Origin: Spirochaetia bacterium
Lineage (GTDB): Bacteria > Spirochaetota > Spirochaetia > DSM-2461
NCBI GenBank assembly: GCA_963666985.2
Contig: CAXXIA010000001.1
Span: 384,001 to 448,000 of the forward strand
Direction: 5' to 3'
DNA length: 64,000 bases
Made by a program: the position numbers and the translations under genes. Positions within the stretch are counted from its first letter, which is position 1. Every line of letters begins with the position of its first letter. Shown piece by piece: positions 30,056-39,339 of this stretch. The notes under the pieces were generated by a model, which saw only the letters and a program-made list of their open reading frames with translations, made no database searches and was not told where the DNA came from.

Positions 30056-31571
30056 ATTCTTTCCTTCGTCCCTTATTCTTTTCTTCCATGGCGAGTCTTA
30101 AAAGAAGGTCTTCCGTTGCATCTTTTCTCATGACTTCACCCGATATTTCACGATTTCGCATAACGATGATGCGATCCGACAAGCCGATGACTTCCGGAAG
30201 TTCACTGGAGATGAGAATGACTCCTAGTCCCTGAGCGGCGAAATCGCAGATCATCTGGTAGAATTCGCTTTTCGCCCCGACATCAATGCCTTTGGTGGGT
30301 TCATCCAGAATGAGAACCTTGGGGTTCGTGGCCATCCAACGGGCCACTATGCATTTCTGCTGGTTACCGCCTGAGAGCTCGACGATCATTTTCTGAGGAT
30401 TGGGCGTTTTGACGTTGAATCGGTCGATGTATTCGGATACAAGGGCCTTTTCCAACGAACGGTTGATTACCCCCATTCGGTTGGTATTGCTGCTCATGGC
30501 CCCTATTGCGATGTTGTCGGCAACGTTGAGGTTCTCCAAAATCCCTTGAGTCTTCCGGTCTTCCGGAACCATTACGATGCCGTTCATGGCCGCTTCGCCT
30601 GGGGATTTATTAAGAATCTCTTTTCCTTCGAGTTTCACCATTCCGGACTGCATTTTGTCGGCGCCTATGATGGCCCTCATGATTTCCGTTCTACCCGCTC
30701 CCACCAGTCCGCTGAAACCGAGAATCTCACCGCGTTGAAGCTTGAAGGATATCGGTTCCACGAAGTCGCTTGAGCAATTCTCGACTTCCAGAAGAACATC
30801 TCCCTGGGAAGAGGCGCGCTCCAGATTCCCGAAGATGTTTCCAAGGTCGCGACCCACCATCATTCGGATCATCGTTTGCTCATCGGTGGTCTTGGCATCC
30901 ACGATGTCGATGAAGCGGCCATCCTTGAAGATGGCCGCTTTGTCGGCAATCTGCTTTATTTCGTTCATGCGGTGGGAAACATATATGACGACTTTCCCTT
31001 CATTCCGAAGCTTTTCGATAATGGCGAAGAGTTTCTCGATTTCTGAATCGCTCAGGGGGGCCGTCGGTTCATCGAAGCAGATGCAGATGAGATTTTCCCG
31101 GCTGTAAGCCTTCATGATTTCCACCATCTGTTGATAGGCGATGGAGAGATCCTTGGCCTTGTCCGTGGCTTTGAAAGGAAGACCGAATTCTTTAATAAGT
31201 GCTTCGGTTTTCCGATTGGCTTCCTTCACATTAATTATACCGAGTCGATTGCTGGGCATTCGTCCGAGGTAAATATTTTCGGCCACCGAGAGTTCCATCA
31301 GGATCTGCCGCTCCTGATAAATCACGCTGACTCCGGCTTCAATGGCCTGATGGGGAGAAGTGAAATGGACCTCTTTGCCGTTCAGCAGATAGCTTCCGCT
31401 GCTGGGTTGATAATCGCCGTTAAGCGTTTTAAGCAGAGTGGATTTTCCCGCTCCGTTTTCGCCGAGGAATGCCAGAACCTCTCCTCCCTGAGATGTGAAA
31501 CTTACATCATCAAGGGCTTTGACTCCGGGGAAGTACTTCGTGATGTTTTTAAACTCGACAGAATTGGACAC
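30048..31571 (-). CDS. Monosaccharide ABC ATPase (AraG/RbsA-like)
   Basis: GENGAGKSTL, LSGGNQQK, DEPTKGIDVGAK; GTG start after SD GGAGG (alternative ATG at 31586). Confidence 0.93.
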   Translation of the reverse strand: MSNSVEFKNITKYFPGVKALDDVSFTSQGGEVLAFLGENGAGKSTLLKTLNGDYQPSSGSYLLNGKEVHFTSPHQAIEAGVSVIYQERQILMELSVAENIYLGRMPSNRLGIINVKEANRKTEALIKEFGLPFKATDKAKDLSIAYQQMVEIMKAYSRENLICICFDEPTAPLSDSEIEKLFAIIEKLRNEGKVVIYVSHRMNEIKQIADKAAIFKDGRFIDIVDAKTTDEQTMIRMMVGRDLGNIFGNLERASSQGDVLLEVENCSSDFVEPISFKLQRGEILGFSGLVGAGRTEIMRAIIGADKMQSGMVKLEGKEILNKSPGEAAMNGIVMVPEDRKTQGILENLNVADNIAIGAMSSNTNRMGVINRSLEKALVSEYIDRFNVKTPNPQKMIVELSGGNQQKCIVARWMATNPKVLILDEPTKGIDVGAKSEFYQMICDFAAQGLGVILISSELPEVIGLSDRIIVMRNREISGEVMRKDATEDLLLRLAMEEKNKGRRKEYE

Positions 31572-31602
31572 GATCTCTGCCTCCATTACAGGCTAGAAAA
31601 TT

Positions 31603-31668
31603 ACTGTATCACGGTGAATTTAAGGGTGAATTAGTAAAAGTTGCTCACTCTTTGTAAAAAATTGCTCT
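31603..31668 (-). promoter_or_regulatory. Putative AraC-activated promoter of the ABC operon
   Basis: GAGCAA direct repeats 21 bp apart; proximal site 33 nt upstream of TGATACAGT. Confidence 0.6.
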
Positions 31669-31702
31669 GTATAGTCATTGATATGTGCGGTAACGTTTTC
31701 CC

Positions 31703-32620
31703 GTGGACAAAATCACCATACTGACCAATCAAGCCTTATCCGTTTCAATTCATCCATTTGGCTGTTCTCTTTTTCGTCTGCTGACTGCCGATGGGTTTTC
31801 TCCTCTTCTGGCAAGCCGAGAACCGGCTATGGCCTATGGAGGGGCCATTATCGGACCATGCTGCGGGAGGATTCCCAATGGTTTCGTTGATATGGACGAC
31901 TGTCAGATTTCTCTCTCAATGAACGAAAAGAAACATCATCTCCACGGTGGATATTTTAGTACAGCCCTTCGGTCCTGGGAACTTATGGAACGGAGTGGCA
32001 CATCCGTTTTGTTTAGGATTGCGGTTAAAGATGGTGTAGACGGATATCCGGGAAATCGACTTTTTCAGACACGATACTCCCTGGACGACATGGCCGTTTT
32101 TGTGGAAATTCAGGGTGAGTCAGATCGGCTGACCATCGTTAATCCGACGAATCATGCGTATTGGAATCTTAATGATGAATCTGTTTCATCGGTTTTGAAC
32201 CATCGATTCAGGATTTCATCATCCTTATATTATCCGACTAATGGAGAAATGTTGCCGCAGAAACCCCAGCCTGTCTATGGGACTTCCTTCGATTTTAATT
32301 CACCAAGATCCCTGAAAAAAGCCCTGGAGATTGATTGTCCCTCGGATCAGTTGAAAATCGCCAAGGGTTTTAATCATGGCTGGCGGTCATCTTCGTTGTA
32401 TTGCGAGGGTAATAGAGGCGGGCTGCGGGTAACATCCGATGCCGATGATATTTGGCTTTATTCAGGTGGTTTCTTGGACAGAACCATGATACTAGAGGAT
32501 GGTTCCTGCGCAAAACCGTCCTGTGCGTTCGCCGTTGAGCCCCAGAATATCGGAAGGCCGACCCTGCTGCACCCAGGAGAAATTTTTATACGCAGTATCG
32601 AGTTCAAGTTGCAGAATTAG
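31703..32620 (+). CDS. Aldose 1-epimerase (GalM-like)
   Basis: HHLHGG, DGYPG, NPTNHAYWNL, FAVEPQ. Confidence 0.85.
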   Translation: MDKITILTNQALSVSIHPFGCSLFRLLTADGFSPLLASREPAMAYGGAIIGPCCGRIPNGFVDMDDCQISLSMNEKKHHLHGGYFSTALRSWELMERSGTSVLFRIAVKDGVDGYPGNRLFQTRYSLDDMAVFVEIQGESDRLTIVNPTNHAYWNLNDESVSSVLNHRFRISSSLYYPTNGEMLPQKPQPVYGTSFDFNSPRSLKKALEIDCPSDQLKIAKGFNHGWRSSSLYCEGNRGGLRVTSDADDIWLYSGGFLDRTMILEDGSCAKPSCAFAVEPQNIGRPTLLHPGEIFIRSIEFKLQN

Positions 32621-32724
32621 TCCCGGTCTTCTAAGCAGAACCGGATTGGTCGTTTTTCGGGTTACATCGAGATCTGTCTTGAAGTATCAAAAACCCGACC
32701 TAAATATCGGTTTCCTTTTAAATT

Positions 32725-34092
32725 AGCGCCTGATGTTCTTTCTGAACTCAGCCGCTTCGTCTCGGTCATGTGCAAGCTGATGCTTGCCCGCGGCTCTCAA
32801 CTTCAGCGCCTGATGCGATTTGGACGCTCAGGCACTTCGGCTCGACTATGCCCAAACGGTAGTTTGGTCGCAGTCCTCGCTCTCAGCGCCTAGATGGGAA
32901 TCCCCTTCAGTCGGCCACGTCGTGTGGCCTCCTTCCGGGCCGCTGGTTCAGCTTGGCTCGGCTTCGTGCCTCACCTTGCTCTCTGTTCGGTCGCAAACAG
33001 CTTCACCCTTCGATTCCCATCAGGCTTACTCTGTAGATAAACGAAAACCCGCTTTAACGGGTTTTCTCTTGGGGTAGCGCCTGATGCGATTTGGACGCTC
33101 AGCCGCTTCGTTTCGGCCATGTGCAAGCTGATGCTTGCCCGCGGCTCTCAACTTCAGCGCCTGATGGGAATCCCCTTCAGTCGGCCACCTCGTGTGGCCT
33201 CCTTGCGGGCCGTCTCCGGCGGCTTCCGCCGACATCCTGTCGGCTCATCGCTCCTATTGTCGCGCACCGCCTCCGCTTCGATTCCCATCGGACTTACTCC
33301 GGAGAATAACGAAGCCCACCTTTCGGCGGGCTTCTAAGTGGTAGCGCCTGATGGGAATCCCCTTCAGTCGGCCACCTCGTGTGGCCTCCTTGCGGGCCGT
33401 CTCCGGCGGCTTCCGCCGACATCCTGTCGGCTCATCGCTCCTATTGTCGCGCACCGCCTCCGCTTCGATTCCCATCGGACTTACTCCGGAGAATAACGAA
33501 GCCCACCTTTCGGCGGGCTTCTAAGTGGTAGCGCCTGATGGGAATCCCCTTCAGTCGGCCACCTCGTGTGGCCTCCTTGCGGGCCGTCTCCGGCGGCTTC
33601 CGCCGACATCCTGTCGGCTCATCGCTCCTATTGTCGCGCACCGCCTCCGCTTCGATTCCCATCGGACTTACTCCGGAGAATAACGAAGCCCACCTTTCGG
33701 CGGGCTTCTAAGTGGTAGCGCCTGATGGGAATCCCCTTCAGTCGGCCACCTCGTGTGGCCTCCTTGCGGGCCGTCTCCGGCGGCTTCCGCCGACATCCTG
33801 TCGGCTCATCGCTCCTATTGTCGCGCACCGCCTCCGCTTCGATTCCCATCGGACTTACTCCGGAGAATAACGAAGCCCACCTTTCGGCGGGCTTCTAAGT
33901 GGTAGCGCCTGATGGGAATCCCCTTCAGTCGGCCACCTCGTGTGGCCTCCTTGCGGGCCGTCTCCGGCGGCTTCCGCCGACATCCTGTCGGCTCATCGCT
34001 CCTATTGTCGCGCGCCGCCTCCGCTTCGATTCCCATCGGACTTACTCCGGAGAATAACGAAAGCCTACCTTGCGGCAGGCTTTCTAATCAGT
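32725..34092 (-). repeat. tRNA-Gly-linked modular repeat array (right), 9 units
   Basis: Units start AGCGCCT at 32725, 32805, 32885, 33076, 33156, 33343, 33530, 33717, 33904 (80, 80, 191, 80, 187x4, 189 bp). Confidence 0.95.
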
Positions 34093-34164
34093 AGCGCCTG
34101 ATGGGAATCGAACCCACGTCACGAGCTTGGGAAGCTCGGGTAATAGCCATTATACGACAGGCGC
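34093..34164 (-). tRNA. tRNA-Gly(CCC)
   Basis: Acceptor stem GCGCCTG/CAGGCGC, discriminator U, anticodon arm CGAGC-TTCCCAA-GCTCG, T arm GTGGG-TTCGATT-CCCAT; CCA not encoded. Confidence 0.95.
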
Positions 34165-34178
34165 GAATTGTGAGGCCT

Positions 34179-34208
34179 ATCCTAGCGCCGGTTTTACGGA
34201 ATGGTCAA
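34179..34208 (-). promoter_or_regulatory. sigma70 promoter of tRNA-Gly
   Basis: Minus strand TTGACC-N18-TAGGAT. Confidence 0.6.
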
Positions 34209-34340
34209 GGTCGGGGAGACTAAGAATCGGTACGGATCGGCATTGCGTGGAATCCGAGGAAGGCTGTGTCCCCTTCAATAAGAACAAAAAAGAGATTTCT
34301 CCGGTAAACTGAATACACCCAAACAGCAAGTTGTCCGTCA

Positions 34341-34910
34341 ATGGATGTGAACGTTATGGATACGGATCAAATGCCGGAATCAGCGGAAACTCAAAGGCGC
34401 GTAGAGAACGTCTATAGAAGTGAAAAACATCGCTTCATGGCACGTTTGCGCGCCGCGGGACGGACGCTGGAGGAAGCGGAAGATTTTATCCATGACATTT
34501 ATATCGAGACGATGGAGAAATGGTCTTTGCTGCCGGAGGTACACAGTCTTCCGGCATGGATCAATTCCCTGTTTTCTCGGCGCATGATTGATGCCTGGCG
34601 GCATGAGAAGGTTCGCAAAGCGGCGGGGGAAACCGATGTGGCCGAAGAGACTCTTCGGGAAATCATTTGCGGTGTGGGACTGAATCCCCTGGACGAGTAC
34701 GTTCAGGAGGCCATGGTTGATGCGCTGAACTCAGCACTGAAGGCTCTTCCCGCTTTACAGAGACAAGTAGTAGAGGCCCAGGTTTTCGGCGGAATGACCT
34801 TTCGGGAAATCGCCGAATCGACGGGTGAGAATATCGACACCTTGAAAGCCCGCAAGCGTTACGCGCTGAAGAATCTGACGCGGGCATTAAGGCATTGGAT
34901 TATCGATTGA
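34341..34910 (+). CDS. ECF sigma factor
   Basis: Region 2 EEAEDFIHD..AW..IDAWR; region 4 LP..QRQV..GMTFREIAE..TLKARKRYA. Confidence 0.88.
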   Translation: MDVNVMDTDQMPESAETQRRVENVYRSEKHRFMARLRAAGRTLEEAEDFIHDIYIETMEKWSLLPEVHSLPAWINSLFSRRMIDAWRHEKVRKAAGETDVAEETLREIICGVGLNPLDEYVQEAMVDALNSALKALPALQRQVVEAQVFGGMTFREIAESTGENIDTLKARKRYALKNLTRALRHWIID

Positions 34911-34921
34911 GGAGGAATGAT

Positions 34922-35374
34922 ATGAATGAAGATGATGCGATGAGAAAGAGCGGAATTTCCGAAAACGAACGCGGATCGAGGGGATGTGACATCGACGAAT
35001 GGTGGACCGAACGCGGTACGGCGGTAAAGATTGTAATGGGAATCGGATTCGGCATTCTGGGAATTGGGCTGCTTTTCTTCTTCGGCTGGATCGTGATGAT
35101 CCTGTGGAACTGGCTGATGCCGGATCTTTTTGGACTTCCTTCGGTAACGTATTGGAAAGCGTGGGGATTGCTTCTGCTGTGCAGCATTTTATTCAAGGGG
35201 AAGCCTTTTGGATCGGATAACGGAGGCGGCCGCAGCGAGAGGAAGCGAAAGAAAACTCTCCGCCGCTATATCGCCGACGAGGTGGAAAAAGAGATTGAAA
35301 AGGAAATAGAGGGAGAGATCGACAAAGAGATTCGAAAGGAATGGGATAAAAGAAACAATCATGATGAAATTTAA
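34922..35374 (+). CDS. Small membrane protein (possible sigma partner)
   Basis: SD GAGGAGG; LWNWLMPDLFGLPSVTYWKAWGLLLL; charged C-terminus. Confidence 0.7.
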   Translation: MNEDDAMRKSGISENERGSRGCDIDEWWTERGTAVKIVMGIGFGILGIGLLFFFGWIVMILWNWLMPDLFGLPSVTYWKAWGLLLLCSILFKGKPFGSDNGGGRSERKRKKTLRRYIADEVEKEIEKEIEGEIDKEIRKEWDKRNNHDEI

Positions 35375-35562
35375 CCTTCGAAGCGTTCTCCGATAATTGG
35401 GGGAGCCGGAGGCTGAATGGAAACAAGAAGTTTTTTATTTTTTTCTGCCGCTTCAAGCGCTGTCCGTAAAGTTCTTTCTTTTCCTGTAGCAATCATAAAG
35501 GGCTTATATTCGCTGAATTTGTGAATAGTAATCCGTAACCGCCCCGGTATATTATTAACAGC

Positions 35563-36474
35563 ATGTTCATAAACAATCGCCCCGACGGTTCTCCGGTGAA
35601 AGTACCCGGTTTCACCAAATTGCTGCCTTATTTAATGTCGACCAGAACGGAATCCACCATTTTCATGGAACAGATCGTGGAGATGGATAACGCCCTTAAG
35701 TTCATGCGGCAATGGAACACACGGAAGGAAAAGGACGATTGGCCGATAACGCCGATGCAGCTTTTTTTATGCGCGCTTGTCCGAACCGTGGCGCAGCGTC
35801 CTCGAATGAATCGATTTATCTCCAATAGACGGCACTATCAAAGGAATAATATTTCGGTATCGTTCGTAACGAAGAAGACTCTTTCCGACGACGGTTTGGA
35901 AGTGAATGTTATAATGCCTTTCCATCCCCACGATACACTCAAGGATGTCAACAAGCGATTTAAGCGCTTCATCGGAACGGCGAAAAGCGATGAAGGAAAC
36001 CGTTGTGAGAGTGATGTCGATATCATTGATAAACTGCCTCATTGGGCCGTCCGGGTATTCATCCGGTTTTTTAATTGGGCCGATCAGCATAATTTCATTA
36101 CACGGGGAATGATCCGAATGCTCCCCTTTTACAGCACGATGTTCGTAACGAATGTCGGTTCCATCGGCCTGGATGCTCCATTGCATCATAATTATGAAAT
36201 GGGCAATACGGGGATTTTTGCCGCTCTCGGAATCATTCGAAAGGAAAAAGTCATTCTTGAAGACAACAGCATTACCGAGAAATCCCGGATGGCAATCAGT
36301 TACACGTTTGACGACCGGATTGTCGACGGCATCTATTCCGGACGGGCAATGGCCATGCTGAAAGATTATTTGGAAAATCCGGAAAAACTGATGGAAAGGC
36401 CGGATATCGATCCGGTTAAATTGGATGAATTGGCTCTTACGGAAAAGGGCTGGGACTTATGGGACAAAAATTAA
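35563..36474 (+). CDS. Stand-alone 2-oxoacid dehydrogenase acyltransferase catalytic-domain (CAT-fold) protein
   Basis: RPRMNRF, TNVGSIG, TFDDRIVDG; no lipoyl domain. Confidence 0.75.
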   Translation: MFINNRPDGSPVKVPGFTKLLPYLMSTRTESTIFMEQIVEMDNALKFMRQWNTRKEKDDWPITPMQLFLCALVRTVAQRPRMNRFISNRRHYQRNNISVSFVTKKTLSDDGLEVNVIMPFHPHDTLKDVNKRFKRFIGTAKSDEGNRCESDVDIIDKLPHWAVRVFIRFFNWADQHNFITRGMIRMLPFYSTMFVTNVGSIGLDAPLHHNYEMGNTGIFAALGIIRKEKVILEDNSITEKSRMAISYTFDDRIVDGIYSGRAMAMLKDYLENPEKLMERPDIDPVKLDELALTEKGWDLWDKN

Positions 36475-38186
36475 TTCCTTGGCGGCGGTTCCAGCCCGAT
36501 AACAGCCCGGAAGAACTGATTTTTGATGAACGGACTCTGTATCGGACCGTGGCGGATTCTGCGGCCGCTTATCCTGATGTCATCGCCTGGGATTATATGG
36601 GGAAAACATCCACCTATCGGGAGTTTCTCTCCGACATCGACCGTACGGCCGAAGCCTTCGCCGCTCAGGGAATCCGGGCCGGAGATGTTATGACGGTGTG
36701 TCTGCCCAACTGCCCGCAGGCCCTTTTTGTCTTTTACGGTCTGAATAAACTCAGAGCGGTCGCTTCCATGATTCATCCTCTCTCCGTTACGGAAGAAATC
36801 CGGACGTTTTTGGATATTTCCCAGTCCAAATGGTTTTTAACGCTGGATGCTTTCTGGCCGCGGGTCGCGCCGGCCTTGGACGATTCTTCGGTTAAGCAGG
36901 CGTTTCATTGCCGAATCCAGGAATATATGCCCATTCCCATCAAGGTCGGCTTTTGGCTGACAAAGGGAAGAAAAATCAAAAAAGTGCCTTCCGAAGAAGG
37001 GATAGGCTGGAAGGCCTTAATGCGGCGAGAGGGTGAGAAATCTCTTGAAAAAGTCGCTTCCTCAATTTCCAAACCGGATGCCCGGGATTTGGCGGTAATT
37101 CTCTACAGCGGAGGAACCACGGGAACACCCAAGGGGATTATGCTTTCGGATTGGAATTTTAATGCTCTTACACAAGGTCTCAACTGGCAAATCGGCGGAG
37201 GCGTTCAGCCCGGTGATAAGGTGCTTTCCATTCTGCCGCTTTTTCACGGATTCGGTCTGGGCGTTACGGCGAATCTTTTTCTCACCCAAGGCGGGACTTC
37301 TCTGCTGGTGCCTCAATTTTCGGCCGATGCGGTTGTTCAGATGCTGATTAAGAAAAAACCGCAATTCATCGCCGGAGTGCCCACCTTATTTGAAGCCATG
37401 AGTGCTCATCCCAAAATTAAAGAAGTTGATTTTTCCACTCTCAAAGGATGTTACGGCGGCGGCGACAAAGTTCCCGAAACCGTAAAGAAACGGTTTGATG
37501 AGGTTATACGCGGCGGCGGAGGAACGACGGAACTGCAGGAAGGCTACGGTCTTACCGAAACGGTTACGGCCTGTACTCTGCTTCCGAGCGGACGATACAG
37601 GAAAGACTCCATCGGAGTTCCTCTTCCGGGCATTCATGCCAAAATCGTCGAGCCGGGAACTCATGTGGAATTGCCCTTCGGAGAAGAAGGCGAACTCTGC
37701 ATTTCCGGTCCTACCAACATGATTGGTTATCTCAACCGGCCGGAAGAAACGGCCGCTGTTCTTCAAACCCATAAAGACGGCCGGGAATGGGTTTTTACCG
37801 GGGATTTATGCTCCATGGATGAAGACGGCTTCATCTATTTTCGAATGCGTCTGAAGAGGATGATCAAGGTATCGGGAATCGCCGTGTATCCGCCCCAAGT
37901 GGAAGAGGCTCTTCGGCGGCATCCGGCCGTTCGGGATGTCTGCGTGATTGGCGTTCCCGATCCGTACAAGATGAATGTCATCCGCGCGTATGTTGTGCCC
38001 GCCGATGATGTTGCCGGAAACGATGATTTGGCCGAAGACATTATTTCTTCGGTTAAAGATATTTTGAATCGGTGGAGTCTGCCGAAAGATATCGTTTTCC
38101 GCAGTGAGCTGCCTCTTACCCGTGTCGGGAAGATTGCCTATACCGAATTGGAAAAAGAAGCCGCCGAAGATAAAGCCGCCGGTTGA
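36459..38186 (+). CDS. AMP-dependent (long-chain) acyl-CoA ligase
   Basis: YSGGTTGTPKG, EGYGLTE, TGD, PLTRVGK. Confidence 0.9.
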   Translation: MGQKLIPWRRFQPDNSPEELIFDERTLYRTVADSAAAYPDVIAWDYMGKTSTYREFLSDIDRTAEAFAAQGIRAGDVMTVCLPNCPQALFVFYGLNKLRAVASMIHPLSVTEEIRTFLDISQSKWFLTLDAFWPRVAPALDDSSVKQAFHCRIQEYMPIPIKVGFWLTKGRKIKKVPSEEGIGWKALMRREGEKSLEKVASSISKPDARDLAVILYSGGTTGTPKGIMLSDWNFNALTQGLNWQIGGGVQPGDKVLSILPLFHGFGLGVTANLFLTQGGTSLLVPQFSADAVVQMLIKKKPQFIAGVPTLFEAMSAHPKIKEVDFSTLKGCYGGGDKVPETVKKRFDEVIRGGGGTTELQEGYGLTETVTACTLLPSGRYRKDSIGVPLPGIHAKIVEPGTHVELPFGEEGELCISGPTNMIGYLNRPEETAAVLQTHKDGREWVFTGDLCSMDEDGFIYFRMRLKRMIKVSGIAVYPPQVEEALRRHPAVRDVCVIGVPDPYKMNVIRAYVVPADDVAGNDDLAEDIISSVKDILNRWSLPKDIVFRSELPLTRVGKIAYTELEKEAAEDKAAG

Positions 38187-38217
38187 CACCCCTCGCTTAT
38201 TGAAAGTCCCCGGTGTT

Positions 38218-39117
38218 CTACTCCGGGTTTCTTAACGCCTCGATTGATGCATCCAGCAGTTCTTGGTAACGCGAAACCAGAAACCAGGGATTCAGGAGAT
38301 TTTTTTTGCCGTATCTCAGGCTCATCCCTCCGGAGGTTTCGACCACACGGGCTCCTGCGGCCCGGCAAACGGCATCGGCGGCCGCGGTGTCCCATTCCAT
38401 TGTCGGTGCCGCCCGGGGATACAGTTCCGCCGTGCCTTCGGCGATACGGCAGAGTTTCAGGGAACTGCCCGAAGAGACGATTTCTCCCGCTCCGAATTTT
38501 TCGGCGACGGAATTGATAACGGCGTCGGTTTCGGGAGTTCTGTGCGAGCGGCTTGCGACGATACGGGGCGGAGATGTCGGGAACGGTGAGATTTCAACGG
38601 GAAGCGGGAGAGGATCGGGATTGTTTGCATTTTCCGTTACGATGTTATCGTAACGGACCGCTCCCGAGCCGAAGATGCCTTCATAAAGGATATCAAGAAC
38701 CGGAGTGTAAACCCAGCCGGCCAAAGGAATGCCCGCGGCGCCCGGTTTGAGTCTGATGATTAAGGCGATATTCACGGTGAATTCACCGTTGCGTTTAACG
38801 AATTCCTTGGTCCCGTCCAGAGGGTCGATAAGCCACCAGGCTTCCCAGCCGACCCGTTCTTTAAAATCGGGGATGCCTCCTTCCTCGGAGAGGACGGGGA
38901 GGGCGCCCAAGGGACCCTCCAGGGCGGACAGTCCTTCGATAATGATGTTATGAGAGGCCAGGTCCGCTTCGGTCAGCGGTGAAGAATCCTCTTTTTCGGT
39001 TACGCTGAAATCACGGGCGTAGACTTCCATAATCCGCACGCCCGCTTCGATGCATAAGGCGCGAAGTTTCTCGGAAAGCCGGACGGCCTCGGCGGCGTAT
39101 TTGGTTTCAATCCTCAT
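38218..39117 (-). CDS. cysQ: 3'(2'),5'-bisphosphate nucleotidase
   Basis: SPLTEAD, LSEE, IDPLDGTKEF, ASRSH, GSSLK, EWDTAA. Confidence 0.9.
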   Translation of the reverse strand: MRIETKYAAEAVRLSEKLRALCIEAGVRIMEVYARDFSVTEKEDSSPLTEADLASHNIIIEGLSALEGPLGALPVLSEEGGIPDFKERVGWEAWWLIDPLDGTKEFVKRNGEFTVNIALIIRLKPGAAGIPLAGWVYTPVLDILYEGIFGSGAVRYDNIVTENANNPDPLPLPVEISPFPTSPPRIVASRSHRTPETDAVINSVAEKFGAGEIVSSGSSLKLCRIAEGTAELYPRAAPTMEWDTAAADAVCRAAGARVVETSGGMSLRYGKKNLLNPWFLVSRYQELLDASIEALRNPE

Positions 39118-39339
39118 ACCGCCAACATAAACCGGACGCGGCGGGTACGGAAAGACTCATTCGGTATGAACCGGCGCCGGCAGGTGTTCCCCGTCCTCTC
39201 GCCGAATCTCTTCGCGGATAAACGAAATCTTTTCATAAGCCGCCGCTCGGTGAGATTCGTATCGGGATACCGCACCGGCCGGCCGACTGTTTTTCCCTCC
39301 GGGCTTGACCGCCGGCGGCGCCTGAGGTGAAAATGCCGT

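Noticed and set aside
33254..34036. Four repeated 73-aa ORFs (and ORFs at 21000-21467)
   Set aside because: By-products of the repeats: they overlap each other, unit lengths are not multiples of 3, and there is no recognisable domain.
32725..34092. CRISPR array
   Set aside because: Units are 80-191 bp, largely identical along their whole length, with no unique spacers; the constant part is a tRNA 3' end; no cas genes in the window.
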